Shown: piece after piece, positions 1 through 13,452 of the stretch
Numbering within the stretch: the first letter of the stretch is position 1
How the letters are laid out: every line of letters begins with the position of its first letter
Assembly (NCBI GenBank): GCA_002633005.1
Contig: NMRA01000214.1
Coordinates: 100,310-164,309 of the forward strand
DNA from: Phoronis australis
Taxonomy: Eukaryota; Animalia; Phoronida
Reading direction: 5' to 3'
DNA: 64,000 nucleotides
Notes under the pieces: model-generated
The model's input: only the letters and a program-made list of their open reading frames with translations
The model's database searches: none
Told to the model about the DNA's origin: nothing
Program-made: the position numbers and the translations under genes

Positions 1-1050
1 AAGAAAAGTAAGCTTGTGTCATCGGTACATTCATGTGGAAATTTGTAATAGAAATTTCACATCTTCTCTGATTGCGAAAATCCCAATACTTCGAATTTCT
101 TTTGTGCTGATGGTATTATTTTTGCACAGAATATGGTAAGAATCCCGACATCCCTTTTTCGTCAAAATATTTTTAGAGAAAAAGGTACAAATGGTCCATA
201 TACCTTTTTGAGAATTAAGTTTTTGGAAAACATATCGCACATATTTTTCTTGCACAAACAATTGAATAATACTTGAGAAAGCTGACATTAATCTGATGCA
301 TCGTCTGGAAACTTTAAAAGGTGTAGAAGTTACCATTCCAATCTAAAACATCGTTCACAAATATTATACCTTTTTCAACGAATGACTCATAAATACAAGG
401 GCTGTATTCCACCGTAATATTACTGTTGGAGCACACATTAATTGACACCTCATCTTCATGACTTGAAATAGTTTGTTTGTGAACTAAAATGCTCCAATAC
501 AGGAAGCATTCTTTCCAAAAAGAGTTACAGTTATCCGATCTAGTTAACCTATAGTCTCCTTAGTTCAATATTCCATCTCTAGTAAGCCCGAAATCTTTTT
601 GCAACAAATACGTCAATGGAGATGTTGTGAAAAAGAATCTTCTAATCCATGAAACATTAAATTTCCAGACATCAATTATCTTCAATCCAATTTAATGAGT
701 ACTCCTCTTTTTATTTTATCGGGTTTACCGTCCCAAATGAATTTAAAAAACAAAGTTTCAATATTACCAAAAGTAATTTCATTGGGACTTGGGAGCAGCG
801 TTAGCAGATGTATAATTTTTGGAAGCACAAGGGTTTGTAATACTGTGCCCTTTCCAAATATAGTCAGCTTTCTACGAGACCGTATATTAATCAGATTCTT
901 CATTTCCACTATTTTTGCATCAAAGTTATCTTTCGACATAGTTTCCAAGTTCACATTGAAATTAATACCCAGAAGCTTAAAATCAACGTCACCCCATTGT
1001 AGTTTCCAACGCGTGAAACACTTCTTAAAGAGAATTTTCTACTTCCAATC
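1..1050 (-). mobile_element. Degenerate Tx1/L1-clade LINE ORF2 fragment (region C-terminal to the RT core)
   Basis: Minus-strand translation includes LGINFNVNL...RRKLTIFGKGTVLQTLVLPKIIHLLTLLPSP...FFKFIWDGKPDKIKR, typical of Tx1/L1 ORF2. Broken by stops and frameshifts. Confidence 0.85.
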
Positions 1051-1552
1051 CACCCTACTTTTGTCTTAGAATATCACTCATGTTAGCATCCTCACGAAGT
1101 AGATTCCCCACCATCTGTTTAAAATATGACGTTTTTACGAGTTTTCGCGTTCCGTGCTTCAGTAAGAATAACGTAATGGGAAAGAGACACTATCGGCCTA
1201 CAGCTAATTCTGGTCTAAACCTCTAGAAACTCGGCCCGTTTTACGGATCCTTTACTTCGCCAAGAGCTTTGTGCAATTGGTCAAGAAGCTTATTTATTAT
1301 GGAATCTTATTATCTGAAGTACTGGTTTGTGGAGCAGACCAATTACTGCATTAGCAATGGCTGCATTGCAATAAAACATGGGCTTGAATAATTTGCTATA
1401 TCGTGGACTAAAATTGTTTCGCTTCTGAAATTTATTTCACCGTAAAAGGCTAAGATCAGTTTACGTGAAAAAGGCGATCTAGTTATTCAAAATAGACGTG
1501 TTAGAATTAGGTACCCGATTATGATTTAACAGCTCGAAATGTCAAAATTGAT

Positions 1553-2162
1553 TGAAGCCCGCACAGACGCTAACGTGATTTCGCAACCCTAAGGAGATCT
1601 GTGTAAAAGGCTTCTTGTTGGTCAGTTTTCGAGTAGAGTTTTGGGTACAAAAGATGAGACCCCTGTCTCTGGTTTTGTACACTAATAAAGATCCAGTTTT
1701 TCCAAGTGCGCAAGAAATCATTTCTAAGTAACGCAAATTTTGTTGATAGATTTTTAACAGAAAGTGGTCTATATTTAATTTTTTTAAAGCCATTAACTTA
1801 TGTTTGAAAAACGCTCTTGGTTGTGAGGAGTCGTTCACCTCTGACAAGAGGACTTCCATTTCGTCGCGTGAATTGGTAGCCTCAAAGTCCGCACCAGACA
1901 GGAAAATCACAGATGTTCTGGTCATGGCAATTTGTAGCAAACAGCTTGATAATATATACCAATTCGAATGTGGGGTGAAACTTGTTAGGTGGGTGTTCAT
2001 TTTTTTCATTTCAGTCATTCAGCCACCTGTCTGGCTAGTAATAATGGATTAGAATTTTGAGAAATGAACTAAGGTCAAAGCATTAGATAACATTTCAGAA
2101 AGAATCTGGTGTGTTACTGAAAATTCTGTTGAAAATGGCCACAGGTAACTCAGATATGTGAT
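1553..2162. repeat. Dispersed non-coding repeat, copy 1 (diverged copy at about 31876-32523)
   Basis: Colinear similarity to 31876-32523, e.g. AAGCCCGCA.AGACGCT, GTCAGTTTTC.AGTAGAGTTTTG.GTACAAAA, AACAGAAAGTGGTCTATA, TTTCAGTCATTCAG.CA.CTGTCTGG, ACTCAGATATG. Confidence 0.85.
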
Positions 2163-2199
2163 GCCATGCGTAAAGTGTATGTATATCAACAGTTCGTGC

Positions 2200-3400
2200 A
2201 AAAAACACATAGAAACTCCAGCAAAGTTCTTGTTAACATTTTGTATTTACACATATACATGAGTCTAATGTTTCGACGAAGTTCAATTCCTCATTCTCAA
2301 AGAGTCCACCGAACCCAACAAAAGGGTCACAAGTAACAAAATCAACTGAGCCAAATCTCACTTGTAAAGCAGTGACAAACAAAGGTCAAACATAATCCCT
2401 GAACGGTGAGCTCAACCGATCCCATGTCAGTAGTCTGGCCACGTCAAAACTGGTCATCAATGGAATATTAGATAGCGAACGGAGCTCTTCGACGAATTGG
2501 AACGAATCTTTCAAAACATAAGGGCTCTGCATAAGTGGAGTCAAAATTAGATTTAGAAACTTTGCCAGCCCAAAGGTGTATGTGCCGATACATAGAGCAA
2601 TAGGTGTAAGGCGTACATCTGTTTTGTGTGTGCAGGCCATATAATCTAGCTGTATTAGAACCACTTGGTACAATTTGCTCGTAAGTTTCCTGATCAATAC
2701 CGGCACATTTAGATTTCTTAAACTTACACAGAAAATTCTCCCATAAACGTTCAGGTGTTTCTGTAGGACCAGATCGGAGTTTAAAGAATTTGAAATCGTT
2801 AGAGATAATATTAGATAATTTCTCTCTATATTTTGATCTATCCAAAACTGCAACACATCTACCCTTGTTTGGTTTACGAATTATAATGTCTTTGTTTTGT
2901 AATAACGAATTCATTTCCATTTTTTCTTCTGAAGACAAAATTTCCTCATTATTTGGATAATAATTGTAGAGGTATCTGTAGCGCAGTTCTTTACAACAAT
3001 GCTTTACTCTTTGCCGTCAGAAGTAATATACGTTGAAGCCTTGCGATAGAGGACTTCAAAGGATGATATCAATCACGTTGAGGCTTCGTGGAGGAACACT
3101 GAATTTAGTCCCCAGCCGAGAACAGACTTTTCAGATTCTGATAGTGTGTGAGATGACTAGTTCACCACGACTCGATCCAGATGAATTCCAGTGTTGAAAA
3201 TTCCTTTTTTCGCTTAAGTTCTCTAACTTCTTGTTATAGCGAGATGTGATGGAATTTCTGTTTGCTGTCAAAGACAATATTAGCATCTGATGGATTGAAA
3301 TCCACGTCAGAGACCCAACAGTATTGCATAGCTCTCTACAGAGAATGTTGCAATCGCTTTTAACCTTTTGTAATTACTACCTTTTATTGATTACCTCCAT
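2200..3400 (-). mobile_element. Degenerate Penelope-like retroelement (RT N-terminal part plus 3' pLTR-like tail)
   Basis: DIIIRKPNKGRCVAVLDRSKY, PSGSNTARLYGL, LAKFLNLILTPL, LKDSFQFVEEL and MTSFDVARLLT match the PLE RT motifs (ADKG, P.LYGLPK, SFDV.SLFT). Frameshifted. Confidence 0.85.
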
Positions 3401-5215
3401 GTCACAGCTGATGGGATTCCCCGATTAAAGTAGATCGAGTCGATAGCACTGTTTATATTTTTGTTATCTTCGAGCGAAATATTTTGATTAAAAAATCAGG
3501 TTCATAGCTCAGGCACATACTCATGTTGTCCTTGACAAGCAGTTAGCTCCGGTACGTAAAATTAATCTATGGATGGCCGGAATTCAGTACACAACCATAA
3601 AGACATTTAAGTTAGGCCAACCTTCATATTTTTGCGAGTTTCATTTCATAAAAGTAGCATTCATTTAATGTTAAACGTAGCATGATTACTAAGCTGTGGT
3701 ATGGTTACAAAACACGACAAGTCTGGCGAATTGGCAAAAACTGTCGTTTACAAAAATGACTCAAATTCTTCTTTTAAAGCTTCATTTAAGTCCAAGTCTC
3801 ATGTTTCAACAACTACAAAATGAGGTCTCCCTAACTCTACAGGCGTAGTATATACTAGAGTTACTCAACAACAAGTAATTCAACAGTTTATTTTTTCGTG
3901 ACAACAGCTCGAACAAGGCTTTGATTTCAGTAATCTAGTGCCCTCCCTGTGCGGATGAATCTGTCAATTTTGGAAAGACGTTCAGTTGAACTCTAGCCTA
4001 CAAGTATATTTTAATATTGTCAAAATAACAAAAATATACCTCTGCCACGAAACAAGATGTCCAGTATAGGTCGAAATAAATGAACAATAACAAAAATGTC
4101 TTTAAAAACAACTATTTCCGGGGACTACCGCTAGACAAGTGCAAGGATCCAGCAGATGCCAAAACAAAAGCAGCCAGACGAGTGAAACTCCGGAGTCAAA
4201 ATCAGATAGGCCTACACTATAGCCACCAAACTGAAAAGTACGTGTCTTGGCACAAATATATTTGTGTTTAACCTTCCAGTAATCCTGCAACATTGCCAAG
4301 TTCAGCTGCTGGGGTGGCCGTCCACACAGATTGATCCATCGTTTACACAATCATCACTTTTAGGCTTAGGTAATGCCCAAAAAGTGACTCGGTATTCTAT
4401 TCGGCTGTCAGAATTACACTCGCCACATCAACACCGTTTCACTATTGTTATCGCACAATTTCTAGAGCTATAGACTAAAATAAGCTTTACCAAACCTTTT
4501 GTTTTTTGGATAAAATGACGGTTTGGAAACGCAGACAAAGATGTGTCCAGAATGATATGTTCTGATTCGTCAGTTAAGCGGTCAGACATAATCCAGGCGA
4601 TAGGTTAATTTCGGCAGTTGGGTTGGCGCAAGTTTGGTTTAGTGTTTTGCAGCCGATAAGATGCAAGGCGTGCGGATTTTTGCTTTGCACTACTTTGTTA
4701 TTCGCCCATGCAATGAAATAACGTCCTCGGTGTTATTAAACTGACGTGACATAACACATTGCAGGTCATGTGAGAATTAATGTGGTTTCTTTTATCGATA
4801 TCTGAGCTTTTGTCCGAAAATTGGCTCCGCTTGATAATGATATCATAATTAATTTCCTTGGGTGTCGCTGCTCAAGAATTAAAAATTGAGCAATTTTGTG
4901 GTTTTATCATGCTCACGTTTCTTCGAACGTGCATATGATTTATCGAAACACTGGAGTCGCAGTTGTCACACATGTTATTAATCCTTGCTAACAAACAAGT
5001 TAACCATGTTTTGCATTTACGCTGTCATTTTCTGGTACTGTGCGTTTTTCGCGTGGTCGTGTAAGTAGATGGTTAATTTTTAGTGCCCGTGAACCAATTA
5101 GCCCTAATTACATTCTCGTTAACAAAAGTTTCAAGTGGGAATTTTACAACTTGCAGTATAAGTACAGGAAACACTTCAGTTCAGGCTTTGCGACCTACGT
5201 AATACGAAGCTTGGA

Positions 5216-5375
5216 CTGGGTATCGAGCCTTCAAATAGGAATGATTGACTAAAAATGAGAGGTACGGGGCAGTGATGGGAGTTGTTTTCATGTTACCACT
5301 AAAAAGACGTGCTAATTAGTACACGTTCCGTGGTTGATCTCGCGTTATAAGCATTAATTATTGATCGTTTACGTT
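5216..5375 (+). repeat. 160-bp direct repeat, copy 1, flanking a LINE insertion
   Basis: Matches 6315-6474 with one visible mismatch (TAATTAGTAC vs TAATTAATAC). Confidence 0.92.
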
Positions 5376-6314
5376 TTTTTTTTCACTGTGATATATATTT
5401 ATTGAAGGATACACAGAACATACAAAGAAATAATAACAAACCCAGAAACCGCGAAGCATTATATCTGGGTTGTAAACAATTCATAAATGAAACTTATATA
5501 CATAGAGATATATACAATTAAGTAGTATCTAAAATAAGTATTCCAATACTTAGACATGCTATTACAGATATATAAAAACAAAAATATTTACAGATTCATG
5601 NNNNNNNNNNNNNNNNNNNNNNNNNNNNNNNNNNNNNNNNNNNNNNNNNNNNNNNNNNNNNNNNNNNNNNNNNNNNNNNNNNNNNNNNNNNNNNNNNNNN
5701 NNNNNNNNNNNNNNNNNNNNNNNNNNNNNNNNNNNNNNNNNNNNNNNNNNNNNNNNNNNNNNNNNNNNNNNNNNNNNNNNNNNNNNNNNNNNNNNNNNNN
5801 NNNNNNNNNNNNNNNNNNNNNNNNNNNNNNNNNNNNNNNNNNNNNNNNNNNNNNNNNNNNNNNNNNNNNNNNNNNNNNNNNNNNNNNNNNNNNNNNNNNN
5901 NNNNNNNNNNNNNNNNNNNNNNNNNNNNNNNNNNNNNNNNNNNNNNNNNNNNNNNNNNATAATATCACAATAATCAATGTGTGGAAGTACAAAGGACTTG
6001 AACAAAACTTCTAAATGTGTAGAATTCAGATGACGAGAGACAAGCTTAAGTGGGTTAATTAGTTCCTGAGTTTTTTGTACGAGCTCCCGAACGTGAGGGG
6101 TGAATGAGAGTTTTTCATCTAACAGTATACCCAGATGTCTGTGCGACTGTTTTCTAGGAATGATTTCATCATTAAGTTTAAGGTCATAAGACGGGTCAAC
6201 AAGGAAGAGAGCATTAATAGATTTGGAGAAGGTAAGGTCAACGCTTTTTTCTGGTTTAAAATTCATTCTCCATTCTTGTGACCAGTAGCTTAGTTTATTT
6301 AAGTCGAGTTGAAG
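5376..6314 (-). mobile_element. 5'-truncated CR1/L2-type LINE with polyA tail; contains assembly gap 5601-5958
   Basis: Open frame QLQLDLNKLSYWSQEWRMNFKPEKS...HRHLGILLDEKLSFTPHV...LFKSFVLPHIDYCDI (RT C-terminal region). Minus-strand AATAAA near 5400 and a T-run at about 5374-5383. Confidence 0.88.
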
Positions 6315-6474
6315 CTGGGTATCGAGCCTTCAAATAGGAATGATTGACTAAAAATGAGAGGTACGGGGCAGTGATGGGAGTTGTTTTCATGTTACCACTA
6401 AAAAGACGTGCTAATTAATACACGTTCCGTGGTTGATCTCGCGTTATAAGCATTAATTATTGATCGTTTACGTT
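6315..6474 (+). repeat. 160-bp direct repeat, copy 2
   Basis: Near-identical to 5216-5375. Confidence 0.92.
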
Positions 6475-6726
6475 ACGTCAAATTGCTTGAACAAATCGTA
6501 GCGTTAGTCATCCTCCATTGTGTTTATAGTGAAAAGTTGTCAGAGTGCTGTTAGTTTTCCCGTGATTTATAGTAAACTAAAGAACAGTTAGGCGTTTGTG
6601 ATGGTTGTGACAACTCAGCATTTGAGCCCACTGTGGCTCTTTTTACCTTCCTGCGGGACATCCGAAAAGCGCGTATATGATTCAAGTTTGTACAACGAAC
6701 TTGCGTGTGAGACAGTAGAACAAGCT

Positions 6727-6820
6727 ATGCTGGCGGCCTCGGTGATCCTCCCTGGTCATTTTGATAGTCTTGTCTCGATACTTTTACGCTTACCCACTTC
6801 AGTCTGGGGTTCAGCAAAAT
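6727..6820 (+). CDS. Possible leader exon of the Ig/TSP1 receptor gene
   Basis: ATG-MLAASVILPGHFDSLVSILLRLPTSVWGSAK followed by a strong GTAAGT donor in phase 1, which matches the phase-1 Ig exons. Only a weak signal-peptide character. Confidence 0.25.
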
Positions 6821-8399
6821 GTAAGTACCCTAGAATGTGAGGAAAGATAAGGAAAAAACATCAATTTCATAATGCAAATGTCAGCCCCGACGTGTGATTT
6901 TGACAACTACATGTAGGCTTGTTTCTTTGCTTCCTTGCCTTGTGAAAGTAGCTCACTACATTTTTCTTGATTAAAGTTTGACTGAATTACTATCTGATGG
7001 CTTCTACAGTTACCGCAGGCATTCACAACAAGGAATTTTATATCGCTGTGAGATCTGGAGCTTCTGTTTTTGTGTTACTACGAGACGTCAAGGCGAATTC
7101 GAGAGGTCAGATGTGCGACCTACTTTTGAGGCACTAGAACAGATCGGTGTCTTTGTTGAAGTTTCTGAAATGCGAGTCATAACGAGTGATTTCGTGGGAA
7201 CCATTTCTAGCTGTTTCAATTGCTATGACACAACGCAAGAACCGTCAAGCGAGTAGTCAGGTTAGGGGTAAGTTCATACGTCACACTCATGACCGCGGAA
7301 CTAAGAAACTTTCAACCAGAATTCTTCTTTTCTCGCGTTTTTGTACTATTGACTTCACGGTTGTGATGTGCAGTACAATAAAGGAAAATTTAATGAGGTT
7401 AACAATGTTGTCGCTACCCTAAACAGGGTGAACGGTGGTTATAAGCACTTGAATGCTTGTTTACACTCACCGCCACACACATGTCACAATTAAAAGAATG
7501 CGTTAAGTCATGCCAATACTATGTTCTATTCAGGGAATAACCCTGATGAAACCAAAGTCAAACCATCGTGAAAGTTTGACTGTACCTAAAACAATATCCT
7601 AGACAATCCCAAAGTATTAGAGTCTCATGAAAAAGAGTGGGGTGCGTCGAAAAGAAAATTCTTCTTTGTGAAAGATAGTCTCCGTCATTGCTCTATCAAA
7701 ACTGTAATGCTGGGTGTACTGCTTTTTGTGCGAAGGTTTGTTTTTCGTATTCACGCTACTTTTATTCGCTGAAGTGCGTCTGGGCAAGCCGTCTCCTGAA
7801 TCGCAGCTTCAACATTGAAAAAATCGATGCATGTATTAAGTAGAACTTTAACTACTGTGCTTCAACAGTGGCATATCAATTGAAACGGCTAAAAAATTCA
7901 GTATCGTGTTCCTTGTTTTGTTGATATGGTATTAGATGATTCCAGTTTTCTATAGTTCCAGGCTGTACAATGTTTGCCAATGCAACCAAGGTGTTAAGGT
8001 ATGGATTCTTCCCAATTACAATATATAATAGCTGATTTTACCGCTGAGTTTACCGCTCATCCATTAAATATTCACGACTTGGCCAGTGTAACAGTGCGAC
8101 ATCTGCCGTATGTTGCACTAAGACATGTGTTGCTTACAGTGTCTTGATTCGCCACATCTTTGGTTTTGTTATCTATATGTTGCAAATACGACATTTACAC
8201 GTTTCCACTGTCGTAAATTGGAACTTTTGGTTATGGCAAGCGATGACCTTCGCAACACAACATGATGGGCTACAGGGTAAAAGCAACAGGGTTGTCATTG
8301 GAGCTCGATACGCGAGACTGTAACCTCTCTGAAGCGTGGTCAGTGGAAAATGGTGAATCAGACACTGCCAAGATGAATCGGTCACTGTCCGTGATTGAC

Positions 8400-9750
8400 A
8401 AGGAAGGAATCTGCGTCGCACCTGAAGTGAGGTACTTCTGCAAATGAGCTAATTTTTTCATCTTGGTGTTCGCCTATTCTTCCCTTCGGAGCACGGCATT
8501 GCCTTCAATCTTTTTATACTCATAAGTACAAGGCTCATAGTTTGGGGCGAGCTTATTTGATCTGCGTACCTGCTTGAGAAGTGTTAAAACTGGCTCTAAG
8601 ATATGGCTCGGTCAAAGCAGTTTGGTCATTGCTTTTCGTTGTCTTAAAATGCTCCATTCCTCTTCCTGCCATTGATTGCTGCAAACCTGGGTAACCTTTC
8701 TTGCAACGTTCCACTCATGAGTAACTCCTGTCACTGTATTTGGTGTGACGCTATAATCGAACGATTCAGATAGGGCTGATCTACAGTCTGTTTCCTATTT
8801 CTCTGAGCCTCTGGTGACCTTAATTATTCTCTGATTGAACAGCTCCACGGCTCCAATGGACTGAGGCCTTTTTGTGGTCTACACCGACATTCTGCAAGAA
8901 AGCCTCGATCAGTTCAGAGGTGAATGGTGATTCATTGTCACGGCAGACGGTGTAGGGTAAACTATGCCCGTAAATGCCGACTCGAATGTTTTGATCACTC
9001 TCGTAGCACCAGCCTTCTGAGATTGATTACCTAGAGCCACATGGGAAAGTAATCAGCAATTGCCAGATAGAGAGCTCGCTGTGGAATTTCCATCAAGTCA
9101 ATCGAAATGTCGTTACACGGTGCACGAGGAATCACTTTGGGACAACTAGGTTTGGGACTCAAACTTTTACTCAACAACTGTCGGGGATGATGTGTCTTGA
9201 TGAGGGCCTCAACTTGTTAAGCCATGTTGGGGCATCAAACTTTACTTCAAAAGCGTGATTTAATTCAACAATTCCTTGATGACCCCCATGCGTAAGCTGC
9301 AAAGCTTTGGACTTACCACGCAATTTCTACGTACATATACCATTGTTTAACCGCAGAGACACGTTTCGTCATTGAATGCTCTGAACCTTGGCTTCGGTTT
9401 CTAGAAATGTTCATCAAAACCGAGAAAACGGGACACAACAGAGAATGTAGTATCTAGAGCTGACAAACTTTCAACCTCTATAGGAGAGACTGCACAATCT
9501 TAGGAAACAACCAAAGCTGCGCTGTAGGCAAGTCATAGTCTGGTTGTGATCGCTCGGATTTAGGTACTTCGCTGAATCCCATCGTACACCAAGAGTGCCC
9601 TCTTTGAAACTGCGAGTAGCGTTGTTCAATTAGGGAAAGCTCTCAACTTACTTAGCTCGCGATTATGTGGTCACCATCTGATTGTTGCTGAGTTTCCTAA
9701 TAAAGCTATTGGCATGGCCAGGTGAAGTCCCTAACACATCCTACAAACGT
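8400..9750 (-). mobile_element. Heavily decayed Ty3/Gypsy pol remnant (RNase H, integrase zinc-binding region and core)
   Basis: Minus-strand fragments such as HGGHQGIV, PNMA*QVEALIK and DNESPFTSE resemble the Gypsy H.GHQGI...W.P.M...VE and SDNGP.F.S motifs. Many stops and frameshifts. Confidence 0.7.
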
Positions 9751-12700
9751 CTCACTCCCCCCCGCCCCTTCTCCCGCCACAATTCTTTACACCAACAGCT
9801 AAATTGTTTTGCTAGTTGAAATCGATCTAAAAGCCCTTTTGTACTTAATTCCGGTCTGCGCAGAGTGTCGACATGAACTGCGAAGTTAATTGAACCGTTT
9901 ATACCAGCTTTGGATGTCTAAGTAAACTGTATCTGACGATGTTGTCATCGAAGAAATCGCAAAGTAGTGCAGATGTAACACTTGTACACCAGGATTTTTT
10001 AATATGATAATTTGGGAACATTGATATGTGCTAATTGACACAAAAACCAATTTCTAATTCGATTAGTGACCATTCGAGCAAAATGTGAACAGCTTTTAGC
10101 GAGGACACTACCGTGTAATTGTTAATGATAACAGTGACCCCTGACAATAACTTCTTCGATGTAACCGAAGTTGATCATTCATACTACACCGCAGCGTCGA
10201 CGCTCCGCTTGTCTACTTTGAAGTCAACTGGCACAATTAACTTCGTTTCAGGACCGAAGTTAACCCTCCATACTGACTGCAACTTTCCCAAAACATCGAC
10301 ATGACGACGTTAGAATGAAAGGGCCTTAGCAGTTTTAACTGCATGTTAAAACACTAACATGGTGTAATTAGTCCGGGTCAGCGTGAATCAGTACTACTAT
10401 TAGTAAGCGCAACAAATTGCAGAACAAAAACAGAACAGCTGATCGAATTGAGGCTCTTCAAAATGATTCGGGTCCGATGTCATTTTCACGAAAGACGTCG
10501 CTCTAATCGGTTAGCGACTAGTCTTTCACATATGGCACATCATATTTACAAAATACCGCGAAAAACGGGTGATGAGGCTGGATCTCACGAGATCATATCA
10601 GTTCGCCAAATAAACCACAGAAAAACATTTCGTCATTGTTGTAATTTGAATAAGTTTTGGAGCAGTTAGGACTAAGTTCTTAACGAAAATGGTAATCATA
10701 ATCCTTGTAGATGAGAAATTCCGTATTTGTCGACTAGTTTATGTATCAAAGTAAAGACTTATCTTACTTGTCATGCATACTCAGGGAATTCCCTGTCAAA
10801 GGAATACCCGAATAGAATCACGACGAATGCGGACGATATATTGGAGTACCTGTAGTATTAATTGAAGCAATTTTAAAACGAAAAACGTCATTGAAACGGT
10901 TTATTTATCACTAAGTGAACATAAAAGGTTCACTGTGCGATTAAAATAAAACTAGCAGAAGAAGCACAGTTGACAGGTCAACTAATTGCGCTATTGACGT
11001 TCCCACAGTGAACTGCAGTTTCATTGTTTGCTCATTAGCCCTGTAGTTCACCAAACTTTGGTAGATCTTTGCCGTGCACTAATTACAATANTCTCCAGTA
11101 CCGGTCCTAGTTATATTTCCTCACGCTTCGCGCTGTTGCTGTTTCATTTTGGTTGCGGCAGCCCTTGTCCCCCCCCCTAATTCTGCCTATGTGTTCCAAT
11201 TACCAATTAGTGATACAATTAAAGGAAATTATCAAGTAGTGTACATGTATGCTAACCCTGAGGCTCTGACATCAACAAGTGATGGTGTGAAACGCTGGCA
11301 AAACAAGGTATTAGCTCCTAAAACAAGGAATTAGCTTCCAATGTGGCAATTGTGGTAATCAACAAAGGACACATTGTCACAATGTGTTATAATGGTGAGT
11401 TTAATGCAGACAAAAATACTTTCAATAACATCTATTCGTATCACAACAGGTTTTACAGCACAAATTTTTATGCCTTTTCTAATACCCGGAATTTCCAAAT
11501 CTGAGCCTGGAAGTTTTACGAAAATCTGGGAAAGCTGCCAAAAATAATCAAAAACATAAATTTATTCAATGCAGATGCACTATATGAAAAATGCCTCCCA
11601 AGAGACACGACAACCTGAAATTAAGAAGGAACTCAACAGCCCTTTTAGGTCACCCTGAAGTACAAAAATTGGGACAGAGTCGGAAATCCACATCTGATTC
11701 ATTTAAATAATATTTTCATGGGTGATTTTATTGTCAAAATTGCCCTTTAATTTTTGATAGAGTAACACCATCAGTGACAGTGTTATCAAAGCAACAAGTG
11801 TGCAGAGAACATCATATAGGCATCCATTCTTAACCTTAACTATATATAGGAAATCCAAAATCTATAACATTTTAAATGTTTATGTAAAAGTAATTCTGTA
11901 TTATACATTGAGGTTAGATGCTAAAGACACAATTGTAACGTTTCATTATCTCGTTAAACCATTTATTTTTTCCAAAACGTATGTAAACAATAACGTTTAT
12001 CACATGGCACAAGTTCCCTTTGTATGTACATGTCTAACCAACTAAAATTAAAATATTATTCTTTGATCAAAACCCCTTTAAGCATATTAAGCACTGAGAT
12101 CATTCAGTGACTAACTCACTACGCAAATGATTTTAACAACACACACAAACGCGCGCACATAGCTTACATATCAGAAAGTCCCTCACGATTTTTCAGCGTT
12201 ATGTCATGACTCTTTAACCACACGGGTACTGCCACTATTATCTGCTTCAGAGTCATTAACTGCAATGGACTATTGATATCTGTTGTCACTTATGATTTTT
12301 ACCTTTCGTCACTGACATTTTTAAAGATGGTGTAAACTACCACACCATCACAAAAGATCAAAAAGTAAACAATAAATTGTCATCACTTTTACAACCTTTT
12401 TTCTTAAAGCAGATCCTCTTATGAACAAGAACAGTCGTCCATTAGTTTTACAGTTAACTACATACTGAATTTCAAAAATTAATTATGCAAAAATTCTCTA
12501 GTTTGGGACAGTGAATAATTCTTTTGATCGAAGTCGGAGCTTGTCCCAATTTTTAGAAATTCTCACAATTGTCTGTCAGAAATTCAAGGGTAATGGTAAC
12601 AATTTATTAAATGTCTGTCATGAGAGTCACTTTTTATGAACTTACAGGAGTATTCTTGCAACCTGCTATGCTACAACATAGCGTTAGGAATTTGAAAAGT

Positions 12701-12859
12701 ACGAAAATATACAAATCACTCACGCCTCAAATTTCATGATGAAAAAAATTAAATTTCAGCCGTGATTTCTGTGTTCTGAATTTAGGAGGCTGACTCAATC
12801 TGGAGAATTTTTAATGTAATATATCACCGATCTAATTGCTATCATCAACTTGTCACCTT

Positions 12860-13452
12860 TGCTAAAAATATATGTCTTTCACAATTTTCCAAAGAAGCAG
12901 CTTCTCATCCAGGTCCCTCATGGGAAGTCTAAGCACACTTTTTTCTGATGTTTTGCAAAGATCATCCAAAGATGTACTGATTTTAAACAACAGTTTCCGA
13001 TCAAGTTGCTCAGTTGAGTCTTTAGACACGTTTGACAGGAAAGGGTTGGATTATTGATAATCTTCAGACACTGAATACCCATGGTCAACTAACACGGACT
13101 CAAATTTAACTATCTCTTTGCTCCTGTTGGCTTCTTAGAAACAGATGGCGAATCAATTAGTACATGTTTCTGTCGATCTTCAGACTGAGCAATGAGAATG
13201 CTGACATCCACTCTTGCTGATTTCTGCAGCTGTGTGAGTTTTGAACAAAACGGAATGAATGTGCTGCAGATAAACACAGGCCTAGTGCCCAGCAAATCAT
13301 TGTTGAATTGAATGTAAATGAGTTCAAAAAAATCCAAGTACCTCTGCTTTAATATAACATTTTTAACTGTGTGTGCGTGAGAGTCAGAGTATACCAGTTT
13401 GCCACATAATATGCATGTCTTTGTTTTTCAGTAGAGTAGTACAGTTCATCAT
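12860..13452 (-). pseudogene. Decayed coding exon of an unknown, probably transposon-associated protein
   Basis: Acceptor TTTAATTTCAG at about 13453. Broken frames CILCGKLVYSDSHAHTVK...FICSTF...SKL and SLDDLCKTSEKSVLR. A possible upstream exon lies near 15070-14830 (AAATGGCGG start, GTAAGT donor). Confidence 0.3.

Noticed and set aside
1542-2052. 158-aa and 82-aa ORFs
   Set aside because: They lie in a dispersed repeat whose second copy does not preserve the frames; no recognizable motifs.
5556-6014. ORFs spanning poly-X
   Set aside because: Artefacts of the N gap; only the minus-strand LINE part is real.
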